Positions 35,470 to 43,345 of a stretch of DNA of 64,000 nucleotides are shown in pieces (the first letter of the stretch is position 1; the number at the start of each line of letters is the position of its first letter). The translations under genes were made by a program, and so were the position numbers. Origin of the DNA: a virus. The stretch is taken from the IMG/VR virus record IMGVR_UViG_3300033565_000026, positions 1 to 64,000 of that record; one strand, written 5' to 3'. The notes under the pieces are model-generated. The model saw only the letters and a program-made list of their open reading frames with translations, did not search any database and was not told the origin of the DNA.

Positions 35470-35658
35470 TTATGCTGTTACGAATTTTCGAAAGTATTTA
35501 GGATATTTCTCTTTAAGCAAATCCTCTAAAACCTCATATTCGAACTTCTCTTCATCAGCTACTATTCTATTTAGTATCTTTTTAGTATCCTTCCTGATAT
35601 TTGCTTTTGTAAATTCATTCTTACTCTTCACGATTTTACCCCTTTTAAAATTGTACAA
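35470..35658 (-). CDS. Small RHH-like protein
   Basis: 62 aa with KANIRKDTKKILNRIV..VLEDLLKEKY. Confidence 0.45.
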   Translation of the reverse strand: MYNFKRGKIVKSKNEFTKANIRKDTKKILNRIVADEEKFEYEVLEDLLKEKYPKYFRKFVTA

Positions 35659-35944
35659 TAGTATAAACGTACTTAATGTATTTAATACTATTTAAATATT
35701 AAAAATTAATATAATAATATGTATGCTTTAGTTTCTTTTGTTGGAGATGGTGTGTCTGTGTATATCTGTTCTTTAGTTGAGTAAAAAACAGTATCAAGAG
35801 ACAACATGTCATTTGTTGGAAAAAAGAAAAATAATGTTTTATTGTTTTCAGTGGTGTCTATCCAGAAACAATGTATTTGTTTTAATGTTTGCTCCTAGTC
35901 TCCATCTCAACACATTTCATGTTTACAGCTTCCTGTATTAATGT

Positions 35945-36598
35945 TTATTCTTCCTCAAACTCATAAATAGTATAATAACAATGACAATGAACATGAGTAG
36001 GAACAGCAGGATAACCATCCATTAAATAGATATTCCCATCCATCTTAATACATGCTCCACAGTTATCATACGCAGGATCTAGATGCCTCTGAACGCTCTT
36101 AACTCCTCCATGTTTCCATGTTCTCATTTTGGCAAAATGTTCATGTATCTTCGTTTCACTCTCAGCAGCAGAAGCAGATCTCAGTTTCTTTGCGGAATCT
36201 TCAAGTTTTAAAAGTTCGGTTTTTAGTTGTTCAGGAGGTAAGCTGAGAATAGTTAACAACTTCTCTTTCGTATCTTCTTTCATGTTATCTATCCAGGGCA
36301 GGAACTCCAAAACTTCTTCATGCTCCTTAATAACAACAACATAAGAACCGCCTTTTTCCCCTAATAACTTCTTATATTTTTCGACCTCTCCTAATGCCTC
36401 AGATTTGATTTTCTCAGCAGGTATGAATACATCATTTAGACCTACTAATTTGCGAGCCTCATTTAGCTCTATAAGAGCTTCATAAGAAGACGATAGCTGA
36501 GTTTTTAGAGCTGCTTTATACAAGATTTCAATGTATGACGCAATGAGTATATCGAGGTTTTCATCAATTTGGTTTTCTTGTTCTTCCTCAGGAGGCAT
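35945..36598 (-). CDS. Minor head (Mu F / SPP1 gp7-like) protein
   Basis: 217 aa. The C-terminal CGACIKMDG..PAVPTHVHCHCYY resembles the conserved end of Mu-F-like head morphogenesis proteins. It lies directly downstream of the portal gene, as in SPP1. Confidence 0.6.
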   Translation of the reverse strand: MPPEEEQENQIDENLDILIASYIEILYKAALKTQLSSSYEALIELNEARKLVGLNDVFIPAEKIKSEALGEVEKYKKLLGEKGGSYVVVIKEHEEVLEFLPWIDNMKEDTKEKLLTILSLPPEQLKTELLKLEDSAKKLRSASAAESETKIHEHFAKMRTWKHGGVKSVQRHLDPAYDNCGACIKMDGNIYLMDGYPAVPTHVHCHCYYTIYEFEEE

Positions 36599-36682
36599 AT
36601 TCTAAAACCTCCATCATGGCAATGAGAAATATAAAAACCAAACCAATTTTTATAAAAACTGATTTTTCGAGATTTGCCATAC

Positions 36683-38101
36683 TCAAACCTCTAATTTTTC
36701 AATAGCTGCAAAACACTTACTCCAAGCGTCATCTAGTTGTTTCTTTGTATCAGCTTCTATTTCTTCTCTTGTGGGCGTAGCACCTTGATTTTGTTTTATG
36801 TCTTCCTGTATTTCTTCATTATCCATTGATTCATCTTTCTGCTGGGAGTTCTCCTGCTGGGAATCATCAAAACCCCATTCTTCCTCACATTTCTTTAAAA
36901 ACACTTCGTCTGCATCCTCAAGCCCAAGCAATTCTCTATATTCATTAACACTCCCCTTCTTGCTTGTCCTGATTTCTACGGCTTTCTTAATATTGATTTC
37001 TTCGTTGTCCTCTTTGATCTGAGGGAGAATAATCTGGACCTTAAAACCGGAATATCCATTCCATTCAAGAACCTGCTGGAAATCATCAATCCAATACTTT
37101 GTAATATGTGAATGCAACGATTGAACGAATGATTTAACAAGTGTCGTTTCCCCTGCCGTAGAGCCTCCGAGCCGGTTAGACTCACCTAATGAAAGGAAAT
37201 CAGAAGGACTATACACTCTAATAATAAGTTTTGTAATCAAATCTATTGTATCAATAGATATCTTAGAAGAGGTAGACTTTGGCTCTACTACAGTTGCACC
37301 CGAAGGCAGGATGAAATGTATAATCCTAGAAAACGACTGAATAGTTTTTGTTAAATAACTCCACGTACTTGTTTTTTGATCGGGCATGATTAAAGGCGTT
37401 TTCTCGCCCATCTGAATAAAAATAGAATTCTCTTTATTATTCGCAAGCATAAGCCCTTCCATGCCGAAATTTAACTTAGGAAGTAACTTATAGAGAGGAT
37501 TTAAAAGGGGGATTCCATCAAGATAATAAGAAGATTTCGAGGATTTTATATGTTCACAGTTCTTTATTTCTTCTGTGAATCCTGTATCCTGTCGAGTTTG
37601 CCAGTAATGTATTGAACCATCCTCATAACGTACTATTCCCTTGAATATGCGACCATATACAGCAGTTCCTGTATAATACTGTCCTGCATTCACGAAGGTA
37701 GTAGGAGGAAGGCAGCGAACTTCTGTTAAAATCTTTTTATTACCAATTTCTTCAACACCTTTCGATTTGAAGAAGCTCCCATAAATAGCCTCATCATCAA
37801 ACTGAATCTGCATTTTTTCATAATAATCTAAAGATTCAGCCATTTGACGAAGCCAGACAGCGATATCTTCTCTGGAGTTGCCTTTTTCATCGAGAACGTT
37901 AAGAATAGGCTCTCCTTGAAAAACAAGATTTTTAATGTTCTCTCTGATTTTGTCAGACATCCAATGATCTTTAAAGCGTTCTATATCTTCTATTTGGATG
38001 TCTTTTACGTCCCAGGGTTTATCGAAATCGAAGTTGGATAATATATATTCTTGCCCTTCGGCTTGAATAGTTGTTTGATTAGCTCCTTTTTTTAATTTCA
38101 T
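36683..38101 (-). CDS. Portal protein
   Basis: 472 aa with an acidic C-terminal tail. Its size and its position immediately upstream of the Mu-F-like gene fit a portal. No sequence motif could be verified by eye. Confidence 0.55.
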   Translation of the reverse strand: MKLKKGANQTTIQAEGQEYILSNFDFDKPWDVKDIQIEDIERFKDHWMSDKIRENIKNLVFQGEPILNVLDEKGNSREDIAVWLRQMAESLDYYEKMQIQFDDEAIYGSFFKSKGVEEIGNKKILTEVRCLPPTTFVNAGQYYTGTAVYGRIFKGIVRYEDGSIHYWQTRQDTGFTEEIKNCEHIKSSKSSYYLDGIPLLNPLYKLLPKLNFGMEGLMLANNKENSIFIQMGEKTPLIMPDQKTSTWSYLTKTIQSFSRIIHFILPSGATVVEPKSTSSKISIDTIDLITKLIIRVYSPSDFLSLGESNRLGGSTAGETTLVKSFVQSLHSHITKYWIDDFQQVLEWNGYSGFKVQIILPQIKEDNEEINIKKAVEIRTSKKGSVNEYRELLGLEDADEVFLKKCEEEWGFDDSQQENSQQKDESMDNEEIQEDIKQNQGATPTREEIEADTKKQLDDAWSKCFAAIEKLEV

Positions 38102-38145
38102 ATGTTAAATTATAGAAGAACATATATAAAAAGTTTTAAAAAAGA

Positions 38146-38316
38146 TTAATTAATTGGAATTATGATAAATTCTTTGCCTTCGTTTTCTAGTTTCATGTTT
38201 AGGATTCCTCTTTTTCCTGCTTTTCCGGTGTAGTAAATTAGGGGTTTATTTGAATTTGCAGAAAAGGAGAGTTCTCCTAGTTTAAGTTCGTGTTTTTCTA
38301 TATTTGGTTGAGTCAT
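38146..38316 (-). CDS. Small hypothetical protein (56 aa)
   Basis: ATG at 38316 and TAA at 38146-38148. Below the track cut-off. Confidence 0.35.
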   Translation of the reverse strand: MTQPNIEKHELKLGELSFSANSNKPLIYYTGKAGKRGILNMKLENEGKEFIIIPIN

Positions 38317-38322
38317 ATAAAA

Positions 38323-38577
38323 TCACAATCCTATTTTTACCCCGTCTTGAATGTCAAAATCAATATTATGTTTTTTAGACGGCACGAACCTGATATTTTC
38401 AGGATACAAAACAGTAACGCGCGCTATTTCTCTTTTCTGAGAGTTATATAAGTGCAGAGTTCCGCTGACGGGGTTAAATGTTGCCCCCCGTACATATCTT
38501 ATAGTCCCTGCACAAATCTCATTAGAATTAATCCTTACCTCTTTCACATTATCAAATATTACTACACTTACTGACAT
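38323..38577 (-). CDS. Hypothetical protein
   Basis: 84 aa, preceded by GAGAGGAGAAC. Confidence 0.55.
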   Translation of the reverse strand: MSVSVVIFDNVKEVRINSNEICAGTIRYVRGATFNPVSGTLHLYNSQKREIARVTVLYPENIRFVPSKKHNIDFDIQDGVKIGL

Positions 38578-38604
38578 AATATGTTCTCCTCTCTAAAAAT
38601 ATTA

Positions 38605-38850
38605 TTATAGAATATCTCTGACTACATACCAAGATATACAAACGTTTAATTTTTCCCGCGCGTGTCTTCCGATGTGTGCAAACATCTGTTTATATCCGAG
38701 TGGAGTTTTAAAATAAAACGTTTTGCCAGTGGATCTACATTTTACATATCCCATGCAGTCTCCGGTTTCAACATATTCAAATAGATTTTTAAATTCGTTC
38801 ATACATTCGTTGTTGTAATCATCCACATCCATTTTAAACACCACTATCAA
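38605..38850 (-). CDS. Hypothetical protein
   Basis: 81 aa ORF. An alternative start is the Met of MDVDDY. Confidence 0.5.
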   Translation of the reverse strand: MIVVFKMDVDDYNNECMNEFKNLFEYVETGDCMGYVKCRSTGKTFYFKTPLGYKQMFAHIGRHAREKLNVCISWYVVRDIL

Positions 38851-38853
38851 AAA

Positions 38854-39066
38854 TTATTTCAGTATATCCACTATCTCTTTTTTATGACCGATTAGCCTAT
38901 GTTCACTCCCTCTATATTTAATATAAGAAGGTATTGTTTCTTCTATAGTGTGTCTTATCACGTCTACGAGTGTGATATTTATCTGTTTCTCCAGCTCGTA
39001 TTTTTCAACAGCATTAAGTTTGTCCCCATTATATTTTTCGAGATGAATATCTAGTTTTATACTCAT
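38854..39066 (-). CDS. Hypothetical protein
   Basis: 70 aa, preceded by GGAGGTAAAATT. Confidence 0.55.
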   Translation of the reverse strand: MSIKLDIHLEKYNGDKLNAVEKYELEKQINITLVDVIRHTIEETIPSYIKYRGSEHRLIGHKKEIVDILK

Positions 39067-39087
39067 AATTTTACCTCCATAAAAAAA

Positions 39088-39330
39088 TTATTTCATTTGA
39101 AAGGTTTGAAGCCTCTCAAAACATTTTTCTGCTGCGTTTTTCTGCACAAAGGATTTAAAAAACTCTTTCGGTTCGACATCTCCAACAATTCTATAATACC
39201 CGAATACTTCATAAACAATTTTTTCTCTAGCTTCGGAGTATCTTTTTGTTAATTGTTTTATTCCTACTTCGATCTGTTTTGTTTCAGGGATCAGATAAAA
39301 ACTTTCTTGTTTCAGGGTTTCAAATTCCAT
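39088..39330 (-). CDS. Hypothetical protein
   Basis: 80 aa, preceded by GGAGCGTAAGACAA. Confidence 0.55.
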   Translation of the reverse strand: MEFETLKQESFYLIPETKQIEVGIKQLTKRYSEAREKIVYEVFGYYRIVGDVEPKEFFKSFVQKNAAEKCFERLQTFQMK

Positions 39331-39571
39331 TTGTCTTACGCTCCTATTTGCTTATTGCATACTATAATACGCACATGTTATATTTATACTTTACTGTGGT
39401 ACTATAAATACAACGACAGAGTGAATATAGATACAGTAATTTTCGCAGAAACAAACATTAAAAAAATAGAGGTTGAACAGGCAGGAGAGAAAGATGATAA
39501 AAGAACCTGCCTGCTGGATGTGAGTCTTGAGATCCAATTAAAACAATGTTAAATTAGTATAAAAAGTTAAT

Positions 39572-39650
39572 CTCTCAGTCACGAATTGAACGTGATCATA
39601 CCCCCTGCCATCTCGGACAGGTGGCCAGTCTGCCATTAGCTTACTGAGAG
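39572..39650 (-). ncRNA. tRNA-like element (non-canonical)
   Basis: On the minus strand there is a perfect 7-bp acceptor-like stem (CTCTCAG/CTGAGAG). A T-arm-like TCACG-TTCAATT-CGTGA directly abuts the 3' acceptor strand. A D-loop-like AATGGCA is present. However, the element is 79 nt, starts with C, the anticodon stem has a mismatch, and loop position 33 is G (UGUCCGA). Confidence 0.25.
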
Positions 39651-39810
39651 TAAAAGTGTGCCTGATTACTCACAGACACCACTGAGTTTGATCCAGTAAC
39701 GGATGACAATAACGAATACTTCTTTAAATTATAAAAATATTTTTAATTTGTTACGGCAAATATTAGTGATATAACAGTGGACTTTATTTATATATCAAAA
39801 GTATTTAATC

Positions 39811-40050
39811 TTATCTCATTTCAGGAGTTTCAACTCTTAACCTACTCTCCAATTCCTCAACCCTTGCCTTATTCTTCTGATTCTCCGCACACTCTTTTAG
39901 GATAAATTTCATTATAGTATCCTGCGTAATTCTCCCATCGGGAAGCTCATCTTCAGGAATCTTAAAACGCCATGACATAAATGTAGTATGCAATTTTTTA
40001 TCTCGTAAAAAAATATGTTTTCCTCTTTTTTGTATAATAGTTTCACTCAT
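39811..40050 (-). CDS. Small DNA-binding-like protein with a coiled-coil tail
   Basis: 79 aa. The ATG lies 8 nt after the GGAG of TTGGAGCTAATCTG. The tail is similar to that of 14907-15098. Confidence 0.55.
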   Translation of the reverse strand: MSETIIQKRGKHIFLRDKKLHTTFMSWRFKIPEDELPDGRITQDTIMKFILKECAENQKNKARVEELESRLRVETPEMR

Positions 40051-40196
40051 CAGATTAGCTCCAATCTTCTATAAGTTTTTGAACATATTTATATATTTGC
40101 ACAAAAACAACAAAAAGAACAAAAAACACAAGCGGAAGAAACTGTTTAAAGAAAAACATTTAAATATATAAACAGCTTTTATTTTTATACGGAGCT

Positions 40197-41219
40197 ATGA
40201 CACCTTTTTTGAGTCAACACGAAGCAATAATCAGCCGTCTCGAATACTTACAAAATAAAGACGGAAAGTTGCATTATTACCCTACTGATGTTTTTCAGAA
40301 ACGGCTTCCTTCATTCAATGATTTAAAAATCATTTATGCGAAGAAACACCCTCCAAAAGGGCTTTACGGCAAACCTCTTGATGAAGTCCTTCAGGAGATT
40401 GAAGGAAAAGTTGTTGGCGAAACGTCAAATTCTTTGATAAATAACACAGGAAGCGACTTTTTAAAGACCGTTTTTAACATCACCGATCCAGACACAGATA
40501 TAAAAATCAAAAACAGAGAGCTTAACCTTTCTTTAGGATTCCGTTACAATGCTCCTGATGTTGGTTCTTTGCTTGATGTGTTTGGCGATCATGTTTTACT
40601 TTATGATAAAGCGTTAGGAATTCCACAAGGAGATCCAGGCGCATTAATTCTAAATCAGGGTTCTCCTGATAGCGAACTTTTAGGCTATTTAGCCGGAAAA
40701 TTCGGAGCTAGTAATATGGTAGATGAACAAAAAAATGAACTCTCGGAAATACTAGGACTCCTGAAAGCAAATCAGGATGAATCTAGTTCTAAAATCATCG
40801 AGAAAGAAACGATGATTCTCAAACTCAATCAAGACGTTGAGAATGGGAAAAATGCTATCCTGAAACTCAATCAGGATCTTGAATCGAAAGATAAGATTAT
40901 TTCTGATTTGCAGGGTGAAATCAACAATCTCAAACAGAAAGCAGTCGATGAAAAGCTCTCTCGCATAAAAGCTAATCAGGAAAACTTCTGGAATGGATTG
41001 CCTGAAGGCATTAAAGAAAAGTTTGCAGGTAGAAAAGCAGAGCTTGAAGACTCTGAACTGTCTTTCAAACTGAATCAGGATATTACAGCCGCCATTCTTG
41101 CAATTCCAAAGCCTGAATTTATGAAAGCGGAAGGCGATACCGCAGTAAAAAACAATCAGGAAACTGATGAAGAAAAAGCAGCAGAAACAGCCTGGAAAGC
41201 TGCAAATGTGAGGCTATAA
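40197..41219 (+). CDS. Scaffolding protein, possibly a prohead protease-scaffold fusion
   Basis: 340 aa. The N-terminal 170 aa or so contain KKHPPKG and NLSLGFRY, resembling the His and Ser-x-Gly-Phe motifs of HK97-type prohead proteases. The C-terminal half is a coiled coil with six K-x-N-Q-D/E repeats. It lies upstream of the decoration-like and capsid genes, as with lambda C/Nu3-D-E. Confidence 0.55.
   Translation: MTPFLSQHEAIISRLEYLQNKDGKLHYYPTDVFQKRLPSFNDLKIIYAKKHPPKGLYGKPLDEVLQEIEGKVVGETSNSLINNTGSDFLKTVFNITDPDTDIKIKNRELNLSLGFRYNAPDVGSLLDVFGDHVLLYDKALGIPQGDPGALILNQGSPDSELLGYLAGKFGASNMVDEQKNELSEILGLLKANQDESSSKIIEKETMILKLNQDVENGKNAILKLNQDLESKDKIISDLQGEINNLKQKAVDEKLSRIKANQENFWNGLPEGIKEKFAGRKAELEDSELSFKLNQDITAAILAIPKPEFMKAEGDTAVKNNQETDEEKAAETAWKAANVRL
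40716..41219 (+). CDS. Nested in-frame scaffold product (internal start)
   Basis: An in-frame ATG at 40716 lies 8 nt after the GGAG of an internal TTCGGAGCTA (40701-40710). This is the same spacing as at other gene starts, and it would express only the coiled-coil half. Confidence 0.45.
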   Translation: MVDEQKNELSEILGLLKANQDESSSKIIEKETMILKLNQDVENGKNAILKLNQDLESKDKIISDLQGEINNLKQKAVDEKLSRIKANQENFWNGLPEGIKEKFAGRKAELEDSELSFKLNQDITAAILAIPKPEFMKAEGDTAVKNNQETDEEKAAETAWKAANVRL

Positions 41220-41220
41220 A

Positions 41221-41841
41221 ATGACTTACAATGCAGGCGATTATACCAACGGAGGCGTAAAACGCACATGTTGGCTTGATGAAGGAGCTATAACCGTTTC
41301 TAGTGCAAGAGGATTGGGGGGAGGCACCGTTCCAACAGTATCAGGTGCCACAGAAATCTCTCTTGGAATGGTAGTTGCACTTTCTACTGATACAGGAAAC
41401 ACATGGGCTAATACCGGCGGTTCTCCCGTTGTTACCAGAATCACAAACGGGACTGACCTGGTGATAGGAGTTATAATCTCTGAACCGGAAGAAATGGAAA
41501 GAAAACCGGCTACTCAGACGATAGCAACGGCAGCCAATAGCATAGCTCTTAGACTTGCTGGAAAATATCTTAGATCTGCTACAGTTTGGTTCCCAAATGT
41601 CACAGCAATGACACAGGCAAAACTCGTATGCGCTAACGCTGGAAACGTCACTCCTGGCACTAAGGAAATCCTCAAACTAGATGTTTCTGAATGTGTTGCA
41701 GGTGGTGGAATTACTGTGAACGATGTAGCAAATAGCGGATCTCCAAATATTGTTTCTATGCATTATCAGGCACAGTCTAGCAGCGCAACACCGTATATCA
41801 TGCTTGCTTTCCTCGGTGGAACTATCATGGGGGCGACTTAA
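41221..41841 (+). CDS. Head structural protein (decoration-like position)
   Basis: 206 aa and Gly/Thr/Ala/Val-rich. It sits between the scaffold and major capsid genes, with a TAAAATG junction. Confidence 0.4.
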   Translation: MTYNAGDYTNGGVKRTCWLDEGAITVSSARGLGGGTVPTVSGATEISLGMVVALSTDTGNTWANTGGSPVVTRITNGTDLVIGVIISEPEEMERKPATQTIATAANSIALRLAGKYLRSATVWFPNVTAMTQAKLVCANAGNVTPGTKEILKLDVSECVAGGGITVNDVANSGSPNIVSMHYQAQSSSATPYIMLAFLGGTIMGAT

Positions 41842-42807
41842 ATGAGCGACTTAAACGATCACCTTACGGGTCCTAATGCCCATTTCCTTAGGAAAAAATT
41901 CTTTGTTCAGAAGATTTTCGAACAGATGGAACCCAACCTTGTATTTACAGGGCTGTTCAACGCTGTTCCTATAGATTCTCGTTCTGTTATCATTACAAAG
42001 GAATCTACAAACAAGGCATCTGATACTAAAAAGGTATGGCCTGCTAAACTCAACGAATCTGCTGATTGGCCTGGAATCTCGATATCTTCAATGACTCAAG
42101 ATTCTGCTATGCTACAGAAGTACGGGTTTGAATTGAGAATAGGAGAAGACTACCTCAAACTCTCAGAAGGAGCAGGAATCATCACCAGGGCAATGGATAG
42201 AGTAGCTTTCTGGATGGCTCAGTTCAGAGAGGCTAAAATCGCAGCAAACTTGATAGCAGACGGAACAGCATTAAGCACAAATTGGGCGCCATCAGCAGTA
42301 TGGAGCGATTCTTCAAATTCCACGCCTCTTCAGGATCTCATTAAATTTAAGAGATCTATGAGAAAGGTTAACAAAGCATTTGCATGTACTGATATATTTG
42401 TCAATACAGCAGATTACAACGATTTGGAATTATGGCTCATTGATACTAACGCAGATCTCGCAAAACGTCAGCTTATCGGGCAAACCACAGTTGGGGAAAA
42501 TTCTGTTTACATCCCTGCACTGAAAGCAACTGTTCATAGGATGGATGAAGGAGTAGATGAAGGTGTAATTCTTGGTATTGATGGAGTTCACCCATTTGCA
42601 ACTTATTATTATTATAATGATGGTAAGTATGGATCACCTTCAGTTGCGTATAACACCAGAGAAGGACAGAAAACAGTACCGGGTCTTGGACTGAATGTTC
42701 ATCAGTATTTCGATGATAACAAAATGGAAATCGTAAATAAACTCTGGTTCGATTTCGTTTTTGCGGTTGAAGATGCAGAAGGAACAATCAACGATTCTGG
42801 AATTTAA
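41842..42807 (+). CDS. Major capsid protein
   Basis: 321 aa. Its position after scaffold and decoration-like genes and its size are typical of HK97-fold/gpE-like capsid proteins. The N-terminal FLRKKFF..P..F segment is reminiscent of gpE-type proteins. Confidence 0.6.
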   Translation: MSDLNDHLTGPNAHFLRKKFFVQKIFEQMEPNLVFTGLFNAVPIDSRSVIITKESTNKASDTKKVWPAKLNESADWPGISISSMTQDSAMLQKYGFELRIGEDYLKLSEGAGIITRAMDRVAFWMAQFREAKIAANLIADGTALSTNWAPSAVWSDSSNSTPLQDLIKFKRSMRKVNKAFACTDIFVNTADYNDLELWLIDTNADLAKRQLIGQTTVGENSVYIPALKATVHRMDEGVDEGVILGIDGVHPFATYYYYNDGKYGSPSVAYNTREGQKTVPGLGLNVHQYFDDNKMEIVNKLWFDFVFAVEDAEGTINDSGI

Positions 42808-42817
42808 GGAGGGGAGC

Positions 42818-43333
42818 ATGACTTATACTTCCCCTTCTCCTAATTTTTTGAAAAATTCGTTAGGTACTGACTCTAGTGTTCTTGCTGGACAGTTTGCACA
42901 GATCGATACAGCCATTGATTCTGCCAAAATACAAATCGTGGATCTCACCGCCTCAATGAATTCAAGTACTTCCTTAGCGGCTAACGGCGTAGATCTGGCA
43001 AGTGGTACAAATCATACATATTATGCCGTGTTTCTGGCTCCCGTAGCCTGTACAATAGTATCAATGGATTCGTATCTCACAGAAGCATATGTGAAGGAAA
43101 CCACAGATGCAAAAATTGAGTTAATTGATAATGCAGGAAGCCCTGTAACCCGCGTAACTTATACACTACCAACAGCAGGTCGAACCGTTAAAAGCATGGT
43201 TTCTACATCTCCTGTTAGCGGAGCTACCGCATCACTAGCAGCAGGTGACATGTTAAACCTAGCAATAACTGAATCTGCTTCTTCAAGTGGAACAGGACAC
43301 GCTAAAGTATTTTTGAGATATACAGTGGATTAA
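42818..43333 (+). CDS. Structural protein of unknown role
   Basis: ATG 42818 follows GGAGGGGAGC. The longer track start overlaps the capsid gene. Confidence 0.5.
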   Translation: MTYTSPSPNFLKNSLGTDSSVLAGQFAQIDTAIDSAKIQIVDLTASMNSSTSLAANGVDLASGTNHTYYAVFLAPVACTIVSMDSYLTEAYVKETTDAKIELIDNAGSPVTRVTYTLPTAGRTVKSMVSTSPVSGATASLAAGDMLNLAITESASSSGTGHAKVFLRYTVD

Positions 43334-43345
43334 TTTTTAGAAAGG

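Noticed and set aside
35100-35501. 133-aa + strand ORF, and 26317-26532, 24139-24445 and 36129-36344 on the wrong strand.
   Set aside because: They are antisense to RHH, secreted-protein, membrane-protein and minor-head genes respectively, with Ser/Phe/Leu-rich translations.
39253-39552. 99-aa + strand ORF.
   Set aside because: It overlaps the 5' end of the minus-strand gene 39088-39330 and then runs through promoter-like AT-rich DNA. It has no SD.
39572-39650. Calling this a bona fide tRNA-Gly (anticodon UCC).
   Set aside because: The length, the 5' C, G at loop position 33, a mismatched anticodon stem and an oversized variable region all violate the canonical model. I report it only as tRNA-like.
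42761-42817. Long N-terminal extensions of track ORFs: 42761, 57175, 15973, 18209, 14932, 12618, 9072, 31218 and 33319.
   Set aside because: In each case an internal start has a far better SD or leader motif and removes an overlap with the neighbouring gene or repeat. The shorter models were adopted.
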